Notes: generated by a model not told the origin, from the letters alone. DNA of 64,000 bases from an uncultured Trueperaceae bacterium (GCA_963799485.1 CAWCXJ010000002.1:23955-87954), one strand, 5' to 3'; counted from the first letter of the stretch, positions 19,371 to 29,177 are shown. Made by a program: numbers and translations.

Positions 19371-22205
19371 GTGTCACTAGATTCACAAGCCGCGTATTTC
19401 GCGCAATATGTAGCCTCGTCCCGATTGACGGGGCCTTCTCTCGAGCTACCTATCGGCACCGTAGCAGCTTATCGTGCCGACCTGCCGATGCCGGGGCAGA
19501 ACGACCAGCCGTACACGAGTACACAGGCGCTTGTTTTTGGCACTGGCACAACCAGCGCTGACGGGACACTGACGACGTTCGGCAGCACCCTGATACGCAC
19601 ACCCTACCTGCTCGGCACCGACGCTTCAAAAGCCTTTGATGTGATGTTTACCCTTATCGACGCGGGGCCGGGTACGGGTGACAGCTCACTCGCCCTCTTT
19701 AGTGTCGGCGCTGAAGACGACCTCGACGCCTACGCCAAGCTCACCCTGTCAGCCGACCCGGTAGGGCAGCGCTCGCTAGTCTTAAACGCTTTCGACAAGG
19801 GCGTGTCGGGCGGCGTGACGGCAAAACTCCCGGCGGGGCTAGGACTCGGCGGCGTTCATAGCTTCTGGCTCAAGGTCAACCCTGTAGCAAAGCAGCTCAC
19901 TCTCATGCACCTCGGTAGCCTTACCGCCGTTACAGCGACGCTCGCCTCCTACGCCTGGACAGGCAAGCTCTGTATGGCGCTAGGCGGCGCGTACCGGGGT
20001 TTGCAGGGTACGACCGGCAACCGGACGCCACGTGGCGCTGAGAAGTACCTCGAGGCCCGTAGTGTCGGCTTTGCCCTCGTCGCCCGCGCCCTGCTCTCGA
20101 GCGAAGCACAGGACACCGCGAGCATTTTAGTCGGCACCTACCGTCACCCGACGATTACCGTGCAGCCAGTAACCGCGTTTATCAAGGCGGGCGACCCCTC
20201 GACGACGTTCCGCGCGACGCTCGTCAACAGCGAGGCAAATCCGGTGTGGACATTGACCGGGCCGGGTACGCTGACGCTTGACGGCTTGAACGTCATCTAT
20301 ACCCCACCGGGCAGCATCAGCGCCACGAGCACCGCCATCATCCGGGCGCAAGCGGTCGGCGGGAACACCTTTGAAAGTATCATCACCCTCAGCCCTGCGG
20401 GGAACGCCGGAACGCCCGTCATCAACAGCTTTACGGCCCTACCTGCGAACGTCACAGCGGGGGGTGAAATCACCCTCGCGTGGAACGTGGCGGGGGCTAC
20501 GAGCCTCACCGACGGCGACGGGGTAGCCCTCTCGCCGGTCACATCGGGCAGCGTCAAACGGACGCCCTACAGCGACACGACGTACATCCTCAAGGCGACG
20601 AACAGCAACGGGACGGTCACGGCGCGGGCGACGGTCACGGTCACGGGTAGCGTCACCGTCAACAGCTACAGCTACGACCCGAACTTCAGGGAGTCGGCGC
20701 TCGTCAACGGGCAAAGCGACCTGTACCGGCGGGCCATCGACGGGGCGCTGGGCTTTTTGGACACCGGCAAAAACTACGTGCACGGGGCGTCGAACCCGCA
20801 CTGGAACGACGCGAACGCAAACACGGCGGGGCGGCCCAACACCGCTGTCATGAACTTTTTGCTGGCGCTCTACACCCAGACGAAAGCGCCGGAACTTATC
20901 GGGATTTTTGCCGACCGTATCGAACTCAATATCAACGCGATGCGTGCGCTCGGGCAGGGCACGCCGCCGCCGTCCAGGTATTACCCCGAAGGTAAAGGAC
21001 GGTACTTGCTGGCGCTCGAGAAGGAGGCGTATTACAACACGCCCGTCACGGTGCAAAACGACAACGGCACGAGTTTTCAAACCTCGTGGCTGACCATGCC
21101 GAAGCCGCTGTTTGTCCGCAAAACAACCAAGGCGACGCCGGAAGGCAAGACTGCCAGCGGCGCGGACGCGAACCCGCACGATTTGACGCCGCGCCTGTCC
21201 GGGTACGTGGCGCTCCTGATGGTGCTAGACCAGAACCGCAACTACAACCGGGGCGCGGGTAAAGAGTCGATTGCGAGCCTGTGCGACTGGGGTTACGACT
21301 GGTTTTACAAATACCTGGCGTTTTATCGCTACCGGGCGGATAACTCAACACAGGAGCCCGACTTCAGGGGACTAGGCCGGTTCCGCGACGGGATGATCGA
21401 CTGGAAAGAGGACATCGCCCACGACTTCGTGCAGCACCTTTACCTCGACTTCATGAGCTGGGAGTGGGCGCGGCTCCGCGAAGGCCCCGCAAGCCTGCGC
21501 GCTGTGTTCTGGGAGAACTCGTACCGGAAGCGGCTGTCATGGATTGAACTCTCCACCAATTACGCCCCCACGCCCAACGGCAAGGAGACCGCCGTGTTCG
21601 GGCATCAAATGTCGAAACCACGTATGACGTGGCGTAATGCGTCGCAGACGGCGGCGTTTTCCGGCGGCGGCTGGTTTGCGCGCTACTCGTCCGACCTGTA
21701 CCACTGCATCAACGTCATGGCGCTTTTGGGCGCGCCGGGAATGAAGCGCTTCGCCGAGGCGCTGGCAAACAACTTTTCGCAAGTCGGCTGGATTAGCAAT
21801 ACGAAACTCTCGACGCGGATTGCCGGGCCGGGTAACAAGTTTGTCGATGGCTCGAATATCCCTTACGGCCCACCTTGGCCCAGCGGCCTGAAGCTCGACC
21901 AGCCGAGTAGTAAGTTTTACGAGTACGTCACGACACAGGCCCAGGTCACGCCGGTAGACCAGGCGGACTCGCTCGCCTCGTTGCAAAACCGTTTTCGTCA
22001 GACGCAGGGGTTTGAATTAGCCGCGTTCGACCCGACAAGTGATAAAGAGAACATCAAACGGGTGTACGAAATCTCGGCTATCTACCCGAACTACACCCCG
22101 GCACGCGGGCAGACGATTACAAAAAGCGACGATAACTGGTGCAAGCGTCAGATTATCGATTTCATTATCTCGAGGCGCTTTGGCGTCAACCCTAAAAATA
22201 TCTAA
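19371..22205 (+). CDS. Tail-associated protein: beta/Ig-like N-half plus large aromatic-rich helical C-domain
   Basis: PVINSFTA...ITLAWNV...TTYILKATN Ig-like repeat followed by globular domain. Confidence 0.55.
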   Translation: MSLDSQAAYFAQYVASSRLTGPSLELPIGTVAAYRADLPMPGQNDQPYTSTQALVFGTGTTSADGTLTTFGSTLIRTPYLLGTDASKAFDVMFTLIDAGPGTGDSSLALFSVGAEDDLDAYAKLTLSADPVGQRSLVLNAFDKGVSGGVTAKLPAGLGLGGVHSFWLKVNPVAKQLTLMHLGSLTAVTATLASYAWTGKLCMALGGAYRGLQGTTGNRTPRGAEKYLEARSVGFALVARALLSSEAQDTASILVGTYRHPTITVQPVTAFIKAGDPSTTFRATLVNSEANPVWTLTGPGTLTLDGLNVIYTPPGSISATSTAIIRAQAVGGNTFESIITLSPAGNAGTPVINSFTALPANVTAGGEITLAWNVAGATSLTDGDGVALSPVTSGSVKRTPYSDTTYILKATNSNGTVTARATVTVTGSVTVNSYSYDPNFRESALVNGQSDLYRRAIDGALGFLDTGKNYVHGASNPHWNDANANTAGRPNTAVMNFLLALYTQTKAPELIGIFADRIELNINAMRALGQGTPPPSRYYPEGKGRYLLALEKEAYYNTPVTVQNDNGTSFQTSWLTMPKPLFVRKTTKATPEGKTASGADANPHDLTPRLSGYVALLMVLDQNRNYNRGAGKESIASLCDWGYDWFYKYLAFYRYRADNSTQEPDFRGLGRFRDGMIDWKEDIAHDFVQHLYLDFMSWEWARLREGPASLRAVFWENSYRKRLSWIELSTNYAPTPNGKETAVFGHQMSKPRMTWRNASQTAAFSGGGWFARYSSDLYHCINVMALLGAPGMKRFAEALANNFSQVGWISNTKLSTRIAGPGNKFVDGSNIPYGPPWPSGLKLDQPSSKFYEYVTTQAQVTPVDQADSLASLQNRFRQTQGFELAAFDPTSDKENIKRVYEISAIYPNYTPARGQTITKSDDNWCKRQIIDFIISRRFGVNPKNI

Positions 22206-22213
22206 GGAGGCTC

Positions 22214-22696
22214 ATGTCGCAACTGGCGAATTATCTGCCGCTCAAGCAGGGGCGCGACGCGGTCATCGTGCTGACCGCCGAGGACGCCGCAACGGGCGCG
22301 GCACTGGCGGTGGGCTGGCTCCCAACCGACGCCGCCCGTATGCAAATCCGGGAGTATCTCAACGGCCCGGTCATAGGCGAGCTGACGAGTGAACGGCACA
22401 TTGGCATTTTTGCCGCTGCCGGCCCTGAATCGGCGTACATCACGCTCTCATTTTACGGGGAGGAAACGATTACCTGGAGGCTGAGCGCGGCTAAAGAATT
22501 GTTGCCGCTCGAGCCTATAGCCGAAACGTTTGTCGATGGCGACCTCGTGCTACCGGGTCAAAAACTTTACGGGACGCTGTTCCTGACCGACCAGAACGAT
22601 ACAGACCGGCCCGGTAGCGGGGCGGATTTTGCTTTTCTAATGGAGGTTAGCTTGACCCGCGAGGCTGAGGTCGAAGTGGTGGTAGACGATGCCTGA
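22214..22696 (+). CDS. Baseplate/fibre adaptor-like protein (module 1)
   Basis: ARMQIREYLNGPVIGEL, similar to 28773 ORF. Confidence 0.5.
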   Translation: MSQLANYLPLKQGRDAVIVLTAEDAATGAALAVGWLPTDAARMQIREYLNGPVIGELTSERHIGIFAAAGPESAYITLSFYGEETITWRLSAAKELLPLEPIAETFVDGDLVLPGQKLYGTLFLTDQNDTDRPGSGADFAFLMEVSLTREAEVEVVVDDA

Positions 22697-23561
22697 GGTT
22701 GCAATCAGGGCGCAAATCGACGATGTGGTTATCCTTATCGGCGCGGGGACGCTTACGCTCATCCCCCAAATCCCCTTCCCGGGTGGTTCAAACATTCCGC
22801 CCGGTACACAAAACGAAGCGCTTGGATATGTAGACGCCAACTTCGCGCTAACGGTGAATACGGTAGGCCCCGCTGAACTTGGAGCGCTGCGCGGGCAGTT
22901 TGACCTGACCCGCGAACAGGTAGACAACTTCGACGCCGCGCTAGAGGGACTCGAGACCAATCAGACGGGGCTCCGAAACGACCTCAACACCCTGGACAGC
23001 ACCGTGCAAAGCCTCAACACGGCGGGGCTGAGTTCGGTCGCGGTCGATAACGTCGGCAATCTGATTTTCACCTACGCCGATGGTGGTACGAATAACTACG
23101 GCTTTTTCCCGGCCCCCCGCACGTTTCGCGGGTACGCGACGGCAAAGCCTACGGCCTCCGGTGTACAGGGCGATATTTTCTTTAACTTCGGCCCTGCCCT
23201 GAACATCGTGTGGTGGCTCTGCACGACAACGGGGGTAGCCACCGGCGGCACGGGAACGGTAGCGGTCTGGGAGGCGCGAGGCGTGCCAGATTACGCGCCG
23301 ATGGTGTTCGATTTCAACGCGAACGGCGTGTATCTGAACTTCGTCGGCAAGGTGGGCGAAGTCTACGCCGCGCCTACCTACTTCGGGGTCGCTACCGGCT
23401 CTAACGTTGTCTGGCGCGCCTACACGAACGCCGCGCTCACGGGTGGCACGGTTATCAGCTTTCCCTATACCGTCACTGCCGACCTCACGACGATAGAAGC
23501 AACCGTTTCAGGTCTGGCAGCCGGGGTCAAGGCCGGAGCGCGGCTGAAGCGCACAGCGTAA
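22689..23561 (+). CDS. Tail fibre-like protein
   Basis: Coiled-coil, then VDNVGNLIFTYADG and GDIFFN...WLCTTTG fibre-type motifs. Confidence 0.55.
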   Translation: MPEVAIRAQIDDVVILIGAGTLTLIPQIPFPGGSNIPPGTQNEALGYVDANFALTVNTVGPAELGALRGQFDLTREQVDNFDAALEGLETNQTGLRNDLNTLDSTVQSLNTAGLSSVAVDNVGNLIFTYADGGTNNYGFFPAPRTFRGYATAKPTASGVQGDIFFNFGPALNIVWWLCTTTGVATGGTGTVAVWEARGVPDYAPMVFDFNANGVYLNFVGKVGEVYAAPTYFGVATGSNVVWRAYTNAALTGGTVISFPYTVTADLTTIEATVSGLAAGVKAGARLKRTA

Positions 23562-24199
23562 TGCCGCTAGCTATCCGGCGGCGCATCACAGCGGGTGGTA
23601 CGACGCGGGACACGCTCCTGTTTGCTGCTACCGCAGCTGCCGATACCCGGTATATCTACGATGGCGCAGACAGCCCGAGCAGCTTGGCAACGACAAACTA
23701 CCTTTACGTGCGGCACATCAGCAGCACGCGCTTCAACTATCGCAGCTTCATGTACCTCACAGCCGAGAGCGGACGAAGCTTACCCGCGAACGCGACTATC
23801 GTTTCAGCACTGGCGCATATCTACCCGGACGGCGGTGCTACGACGCCGCATCCCTCACGCTGGGCGTTTGAAAAAGCAATCAATCCGACCCGGATTACCC
23901 AGAAGTCTGAATTGACGATGCCGAACGTTGGCGGCGGGCGCGTCAAAACGTCGCTGTATACCTGGACACCGCCGGGTAGCTGGACAGCCCCGAACCTCTA
24001 TGACGTGGACGTGACGGCGCAGGCGCAAGAGGTGCGAGCGTTCGGGTCAGGTGCAATCACCAACTTGTGCCTCTTTTGGCTGCCTGAGAATAACAACGGA
24101 TACGCAGGCGACAACAACAATCACCGGACGCTTTCGTATCAGGGCGACCCGGCAAAGACGGTGACGCTTACGGTTACATTCGACGTGCCGACGCCATGA
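23561..24199 (+). CDS. Putative carbohydrate-binding tail accessory domain protein
   Basis: LPANATIVSA...VDVTAQAQE pattern. Confidence 0.45.
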   Translation: MPLAIRRRITAGGTTRDTLLFAATAAADTRYIYDGADSPSSLATTNYLYVRHISSTRFNYRSFMYLTAESGRSLPANATIVSALAHIYPDGGATTPHPSRWAFEKAINPTRITQKSELTMPNVGGGRVKTSLYTWTPPGSWTAPNLYDVDVTAQAQEVRAFGSGAITNLCLFWLPENNNGYAGDNNNHRTLSYQGDPAKTVTLTVTFDVPTP

Positions 24200-24543
24200 C
24201 CCAAGTCAACTCGCAACTCAACACCGATATTTTAGGAGGCCCTGTGGCGACCAACCCCGCATTCAAAAGTGTGAACACCCGCGTACTCGTGGACGCGCTG
24301 CAAAAAGAGACGATTGCGCGTACCGAAGCTCATCTGGTGAAAATAAAAACCCTGTCGTGGCGTCAGCAGTTTTTAGACCCGACGAGTGAACTTATCGGCG
24401 AGTTAAAAGCCTCTAACGCGCTGCTCGACATTTTGATGACCGGACACGGGTTTCTTACCAACCCGACAAACGACACGGCGGCGGGCTTCGAGGGCGCATA
24501 TAGCTACCTGACGGGCAAGGGTATCGCGCCGGGAATCGACTGA
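24196..24543 (+). CDS. Hypothetical phage protein
   Basis: ATGA-coupled ORF. Confidence 0.5.
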   Translation: MTQVNSQLNTDILGGPVATNPAFKSVNTRVLVDALQKETIARTEAHLVKIKTLSWRQQFLDPTSELIGELKASNALLDILMTGHGFLTNPTNDTAAGFEGAYSYLTGKGIAPGID

Positions 24544-24544
24544 A

Positions 24545-24576
24545 AAGATGCTCGAGAATAACTCTCGAGCATCTTC
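24545..24576. terminator. Hairpin between convergent genes
   Basis: aagatgctcgaga-ataac-tctcgagcatctt perfect 13-bp stem. Confidence 0.65.
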
Positions 24577-24616
24577 GGTAGATATGCCTTTGGGGTCGCC
24601 GTGACGACCTAACTCC

Positions 24617-24826
24617 TCAACCCCCCAAACCCTTCACCCGTTCGGATTCAAAGAGGATGAGCGTCAAAAACTCTCCCTGCGTGCCGTCCGTTTCGGTGTG
24701 CCAAAAATCGAAAGCCAACTCGAATGCAGCCTTGACTCTGGGCTCGAGCGAAAACCCCTTCGTAATGAGGGGTTCGCTATTCTTGGGCTTCCTGCCCGCA
24801 CCCTTGCGGGTGCCGCCTTTAGGCAC
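24617..24826 (-). CDS. Small DNA-binding protein (GGTRKGAGRKP motif)
   Basis: GTG 24826 start gives MPKGGTRKGAGRKPK..., overlapping stop of upstream gene. Confidence 0.65.
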   Translation of the reverse strand: MPKGGTRKGAGRKPKNSEPLITKGFSLEPRVKAAFELAFDFWHTETDGTQGEFLTLILFESERVKGLGG

Positions 24827-25067
24827 GGGCGGCCTTCGCCCGAAGCCTCCACTCGAGGCCGTCGGGGTCGGCCCATAAGAAGGTAAACTTCTGGTCGCCA
24901 TGCTGGAGGCTGTGAAACTCCAGCACGTGCTGGGTAGCGTCCAACCACGCGACCAACTGTTTCCCGCTGTGTAAAGTCACAGGCGGGAAACCGTAATAAA
25001 AGATGGTAAAGTCTCCGTCCAGTTCTTTCAAATCTTCTGCTCGTTTTTCAATCATGTTATTTCCCAT
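24819..25067 (-). CDS. Small hypothetical moron protein
   Basis: GGAGG RBS; within minus-strand operon. Confidence 0.6.
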   Translation of the reverse strand: MGNNMIEKRAEDLKELDGDFTIFYYGFPPVTLHSGKQLVAWLDATQHVLEFHSLQHGDQKFTFLWADPDGLEWRLRAKAARA

Positions 25068-25104
25068 CCTCCCCGGATTACGCGCCGGGGACGCGGTGAA
25101 AGGT

Positions 25105-25293
25105 CTAGCTCACTTCGGTGATGGTGGCGATATCGTCGATATCCCACTGAGCTTCCCACTCAAAAGCCCCGGTCTGGTCAAAGCTGCTGGGCTGAGTGAC
25201 GCTCTGCCATTCACAGTAGGCGTTCAGGGCGTCGCGGGCGGTGTCGCCCTCGAAGGTATGCGTCTCATCGGCGACGCGGATTTCGTAGGTCAT
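25105..25293 (-). CDS. Small highly acidic protein (62 aa)
   Basis: ATGA overlap with upstream ORF; MTYEIRVADETHTFEGD... Confidence 0.65.
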   Translation of the reverse strand: MTYEIRVADETHTFEGDTARDALNAYCEWQSVTQPSSFDQTGAFEWEAQWDIDDIATITEVS

Positions 25294-25511
25294 GCCATCA
25301 ACCGGGCGAGAATCCGTTTTGCCTCGGGGTTTTGCATGGCCGGGACTTCCTCGACGCCCCGGTCGGCGGCTTCCCAGGTGTACTCGAAAACTTCTTCGTT
25401 GCTGACGCCCGCCCGCTCGAGCGTGTTTAAGTTCGTCATGCATTCGCCGAGAATCTGACCCTCGGTGAAACCAGCTGCGGCTAATGCTTCGGTATAATCG
25501 TTAAGTGTCAT
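25290..25511 (-). CDS. Small acidic protein (73 aa)
   Basis: AAGGGAG RBS; first gene after consensus promoter. Confidence 0.7.
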   Translation of the reverse strand: MTLNDYTEALAAAGFTEGQILGECMTNLNTLERAGVSNEEVFEYTWEAADRGVEEVPAMQNPEAKRILARLMA

Positions 25512-25562
25512 TTCGTTCTCCCTTTAAGCGGTGCCTCTCGGCCTCCCCGCTTTGATAGATAT

Positions 25563-25591
25563 ATAATACACGTTTCATAGGATAATGTCAA
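25563..25591 (-). promoter_or_regulatory. Near-consensus sigma70 promoter TTGACA-17-TATTAT
   Basis: Read directly on minus strand. Confidence 0.8.
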
Positions 25592-25658
25592 TAGCTAAAT
25601 CAGAGTGTGAAGTATTTACATTTCTCGCCCGTCTACACGGGATTTTCAAGGAGGTTTT

Positions 25659-26096
25659 ATGCACGCAGATATCACTGAAGTCATTACCGCCGCGCAAAAA
25701 TACGCCGCAGCCGCAGCCGCCGAGTTCAAAGCAAGAGACGAGACCATCAGCACGCTCGAGACCAGGCTTGCCAACGCCGGGCTCACCGAAGCGCAGCTCG
25801 CCGACGCCATCGAGCAGGTCGGCGCACTCCAGGCCCAACTCCAGGCGATGCAAGACAACCTGAACGCGACACCCGACGATAGCCGCATCGCCGAACTCGA
25901 GGGCGCACTGGCAAAAGCCGAGACGAACGCGGCTAACTGGCGGAAAGCGAAACAGGACGCCCAGACCGAGAGTAACGGCCTAAAAAAGCAGGTCGCGGAT
26001 TTCGAGGCGCAGAAGGCCGAGTACGCCGTGGAGGTCGCGGGCTATAAAGCCGAGTACGCCGGGCTCGAGGCCAAAATCACGAAGCTGGGTGCTTGA
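25659..26096 (+). CDS. Coiled-coil phage protein
   Basis: AAGGAGG RBS; heptad pattern. Confidence 0.7.
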   Translation: MHADITEVITAAQKYAAAAAAEFKARDETISTLETRLANAGLTEAQLADAIEQVGALQAQLQAMQDNLNATPDDSRIAELEGALAKAETNAANWRKAKQDAQTESNGLKKQVADFEAQKAEYAVEVAGYKAEYAGLEAKITKLGA

Positions 26097-27654
26097 TATG
26101 CAAAACCTCATCAACGACGTAAAGCAGCTGCGGCGTAACGTCGCAAACCTCAGTGAACGGGCAAAGGCTTTAAGCGCTCAAAAGGTGAAGCGGAAGCTCG
26201 TAGGCAGCAGCCTTGTGCCCGACTCGGCCTTTACCCTGGCGGCGTTTTCCGGCGTACTGTTTACGCTGCTGAGCTACATCGGGAAAATGGTCGCCGCGAA
26301 CGCGAAAGAGGCGTGGCCAAAGTTCAAAGACCTGCACTACGGCAACCTCGGCAAAGTGAACTACGCCGTCACCGCTGCGACGATGCAGCAGGTAGGCCGG
26401 AGTGTTGGCGCGTACCTGTTTATGCTCGAGTTGCTGGGCCGGGCTTTCGGCACGGACTGGCACATCACCGAGTCGAAGCGGCTGTACGAACAGTTGCGTA
26501 AGAATCTAATTTGGGACACCGCGACGATTTGGGGTGTGAAAATCAGCCTCTGGCGACCGCGCTCTAACTGGAAAGGCGTAGAGCCGCTCGACTCCGGGCC
26601 GAACGGCATCACGACCATCAAGAACGACAAAGAGTTGAACCTGCTCACCGGCACGGTCGGCGGGATGGTCTACCGCTTCTTCGAGATGCTGCGCTCGGGG
26701 GTAAAAGCGTTCGCCGCTCTCGCTGAGGACAGCCTCGAGGTCGTTTTGCGGCTAGAGCTGCTTCAAGCGCTGCTGGGTAGAGGCGACCTGATGGGCTACA
26801 CCGACCGGGTGATTCACCCGTTCGTGTGCATCATGAAATATATGTGGCAGCAAGGCCGAATTGCCGAGGCGCACCCCGCCATTTACGAGCGGGTAGTAGC
26901 TAAGCTTCACAAAGAGATGGGCGACAAAATCAAAGGCATCCTGCCCGCCAAAGCAGCCGACCGGGTAAAGCAGTGCGATGACCGGGTAGCGCGTATGACC
27001 ATCATGCTCGAGAACGAAATCGCCGACGTTGAGCAAGACGTAAACGGTCAAACGCTTAAAAGTTACACCTGGGCGTACAACGTCCTGGGGATGACACCGG
27101 GCGCTTCGAAAGAGGACGGATACCAGCCACTTGTATACGTTCGCTTGCTTCAAACCATGATGATGGAGCTGGGCGTCTACGGCATCGGCATGTTTGCCAC
27201 CGACGAGTTTCAGCGCAGGCTCAGCAACACGCAGTATTCCGGGGTGCAGCCGGAACCGCTCAAGTACCGTTGCATCGATGAAGAGACCTGGAACGACACC
27301 TTCAACTGGAACACCCACTGTCCAATTGCCGAGCGCTGGGTAGACGGGAAAGACGCCAAAGGGCAGGTTCATAAGTTCCGCTTTCAGGCGCGGCACGGGG
27401 GTTACACCCGCGTCCTCGTCACCCGTCCTACGGTGAAAAATAGCGACGGCGAGCGCTACTTCGAGACCGCCAAAAAGACCTGGGGGCATGAGGTCGGCCC
27501 GTCTTTAATGTTCGCTACAGACGAACACGTAAAGTTTTCGCAGCGCGAATGGGGCACGCCTGACGACATTAAAAGCCGGGGCGATGGTGTGGGCTGGCTG
27601 GTCGGCATGGCGCTGCGGTTGGGTTTAGCGCAGGGGCTTGTGAAATGGGACTAA
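26089..27654 (+). CDS. Large hypothetical protein, possible distant paralog of the C-domain of 19371..22205
   Basis: Long ORF; weak motif parallels by eye. Confidence 0.55.
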   Translation: MLDMQNLINDVKQLRRNVANLSERAKALSAQKVKRKLVGSSLVPDSAFTLAAFSGVLFTLLSYIGKMVAANAKEAWPKFKDLHYGNLGKVNYAVTAATMQQVGRSVGAYLFMLELLGRAFGTDWHITESKRLYEQLRKNLIWDTATIWGVKISLWRPRSNWKGVEPLDSGPNGITTIKNDKELNLLTGTVGGMVYRFFEMLRSGVKAFAALAEDSLEVVLRLELLQALLGRGDLMGYTDRVIHPFVCIMKYMWQQGRIAEAHPAIYERVVAKLHKEMGDKIKGILPAKAADRVKQCDDRVARMTIMLENEIADVEQDVNGQTLKSYTWAYNVLGMTPGASKEDGYQPLVYVRLLQTMMMELGVYGIGMFATDEFQRRLSNTQYSGVQPEPLKYRCIDEETWNDTFNWNTHCPIAERWVDGKDAKGQVHKFRFQARHGGYTRVLVTRPTVKNSDGERYFETAKKTWGHEVGPSLMFATDEHVKFSQREWGTPDDIKSRGDGVGWLVGMALRLGLAQGLVKWD

Positions 27655-28088
27655 ACAAAACCGAACCCCCACAGAACCGCGAAGTGTCCGCGCTCGACCC
27701 GCTTACAAGCGGGCTTTTTTTGACCTACCTGGCTTTGCTCGAGCGTACCTTCCCGCAATTTTCAATCATCGTCGTAGAAACCCGGCGGAGTAAAGAGCGC
27801 CAGGAGTGGCTCGTCGCGCAGGGCGAAAACACCAGCCGCACGCTCTACAGTAACCATCTGCTCGGACGGGCTATGGACGTCGGATTTTTGCGTAAGGCAA
27901 CGGGCGAAATGGATTGGTCGCCCGAAACCTATATGAACGTCTATACCAGGTTAGACCCGCGTTTGTTCGGCTTGATCGCGGGGGCACAAATGTGGCGCGG
28001 TTGGGATTCACCCCACCTTCAACTCCAGGATGTGCGGCTCTGCTACGAGGCTCTTGTCGGGACTAAAGAGGATGTTTGGCTCTCTTGA
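27645..28088 (+). CDS. M15-family peptidase endolysin (L-Ala-D-Glu/D-Ala-D-Ala type)
   Basis: ETRRSKERQ...SNHLLGRAMD...WDSPHLQ Zn-peptidase motifs. Confidence 0.85.
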   Translation: MGLNKTEPPQNREVSALDPLTSGLFLTYLALLERTFPQFSIIVVETRRSKERQEWLVAQGENTSRTLYSNHLLGRAMDVGFLRKATGEMDWSPETYMNVYTRLDPRLFGLIAGAQMWRGWDSPHLQLQDVRLCYEALVGTKEDVWLS

Positions 28089-28131
28089 ACCGTCAGTCTT
28101 TCTCGAGTTGCCGCGAAAGGCGGTGGTCTTT

Positions 28132-28758
28132 ACGTCGCTAGCCGTCTATATCCGCGTCGGTGACGCCCAGATTCTCGCTGCGGACAGCCGCATGACGCTC
28201 CGTACCGATACACCGGGGCGCGGTCGTGAGATCTCTTTTTTAGACGGTGGCTCGAAAGTTTGGGGTTTGCCTCCTCCGCTCGCGCATATCGGCGTGGCGG
28301 GGTTTGGCGATTTTGGCGAGGGCGGGCGTTCGGTCGGTGACATCCTGCTTGAGTTCGCCAGAGGACAAAAGGTCGCCACGGTTGAGGAGACCGCGCTCTC
28401 TCTCGGGCCGTTTATCGCCGCTCGGCTCCAGGGCCGCACCTCGTTTTTCGTCTGCGGCTATGACGAGACAGCCTATTTCGGGCGCTCGTTTCTGGTCTCG
28501 GGTAACGCGGTGTCCGACATGCACGGGCACGGCACGACGGGCCTCAGTTTGGGCGGTCAGAAAGCGGTAGCGGACGCGGTGGTCGGCTCCTTGAAAATTC
28601 CGCTCGAGTTTATGTCGCCGGACGACGCGGTGATGATGGCTAGGTGGCTCATCCGGCTGACAAGGCAAGCGCAGGCGTTCTCAAAAACGACGCCGACAGT
28701 GGGCGGCAGGGCGCGGGTGCTGCTGCTTAAACGCGGGCTGGCCGCACAAATGCTTTAG
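28132..28758 (+). CDS. Proteasome-beta/Ntn-hydrolase-like protein
   Basis: (T)SLAVYI...ILAADSRMT...KV...AGFG...TVGGRARVLLL; start uncertain. Confidence 0.65.
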   Translation, partial: TSLAVYIRVGDAQILAADSRMTLRTDTPGRGREISFLDGGSKVWGLPPPLAHIGVAGFGDFGEGGRSVGDILLEFARGQKVATVEETALSLGPFIAARLQGRTSFFVCGYDETAYFGRSFLVSGNAVSDMHGHGTTGLSLGGQKAVADAVVGSLKIPLEFMSPDDAVMMARWLIRLTRQAQAFSKTTPTVGGRARVLLLKRGLAAQML

Positions 28759-28772
28759 AAAGGAGGCAAAAC

Positions 28773-29177
28773 TTGAGACCACTCATCGACTTGACCGCGC
28801 CGGCCCTGAATAACCCGCCGTATTCGCAGAGTAGCGATATAGACCTCTGCACACTGACGCTGCCGGAGGTGAACGAAGGCGACGTCTGCGAGATGATGGT
28901 GCGCGAGGATTTAGGCGGGCCGGTCGTCGGGACACTGGGGAGCATAGCGGGCAACTTCATCCTCGACCCGCCAAACAATAAAATCCGGGTAAGGCTGACC
29001 GACGAAACGACACGAAAATGGTTTCGCAAAGCGGATGTCACCCCGGACACGGCTGTAAGAACACTGACCGGGACGATGTTGCACCGAAACGCGGCGGGCG
29101 AGTCGTACAGTTTTGAGCCGGATATTCGTTTTGAGTTTGAAATCAGCTATACCAGTAACAGGCGCGGTAATGGCTGA
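28773..29177 (+). CDS. Baseplate/fibre adaptor-like protein (module 2)
   Basis: CEMMVREDLGGPVVGTL, similar to 22214 ORF; AGGAGG RBS. Confidence 0.5.
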   Translation: MRPLIDLTAPALNNPPYSQSSDIDLCTLTLPEVNEGDVCEMMVREDLGGPVVGTLGSIAGNFILDPPNNKIRVRLTDETTRKWFRKADVTPDTAVRTLTGTMLHRNAAGESYSFEPDIRFEFEISYTSNRRGNG

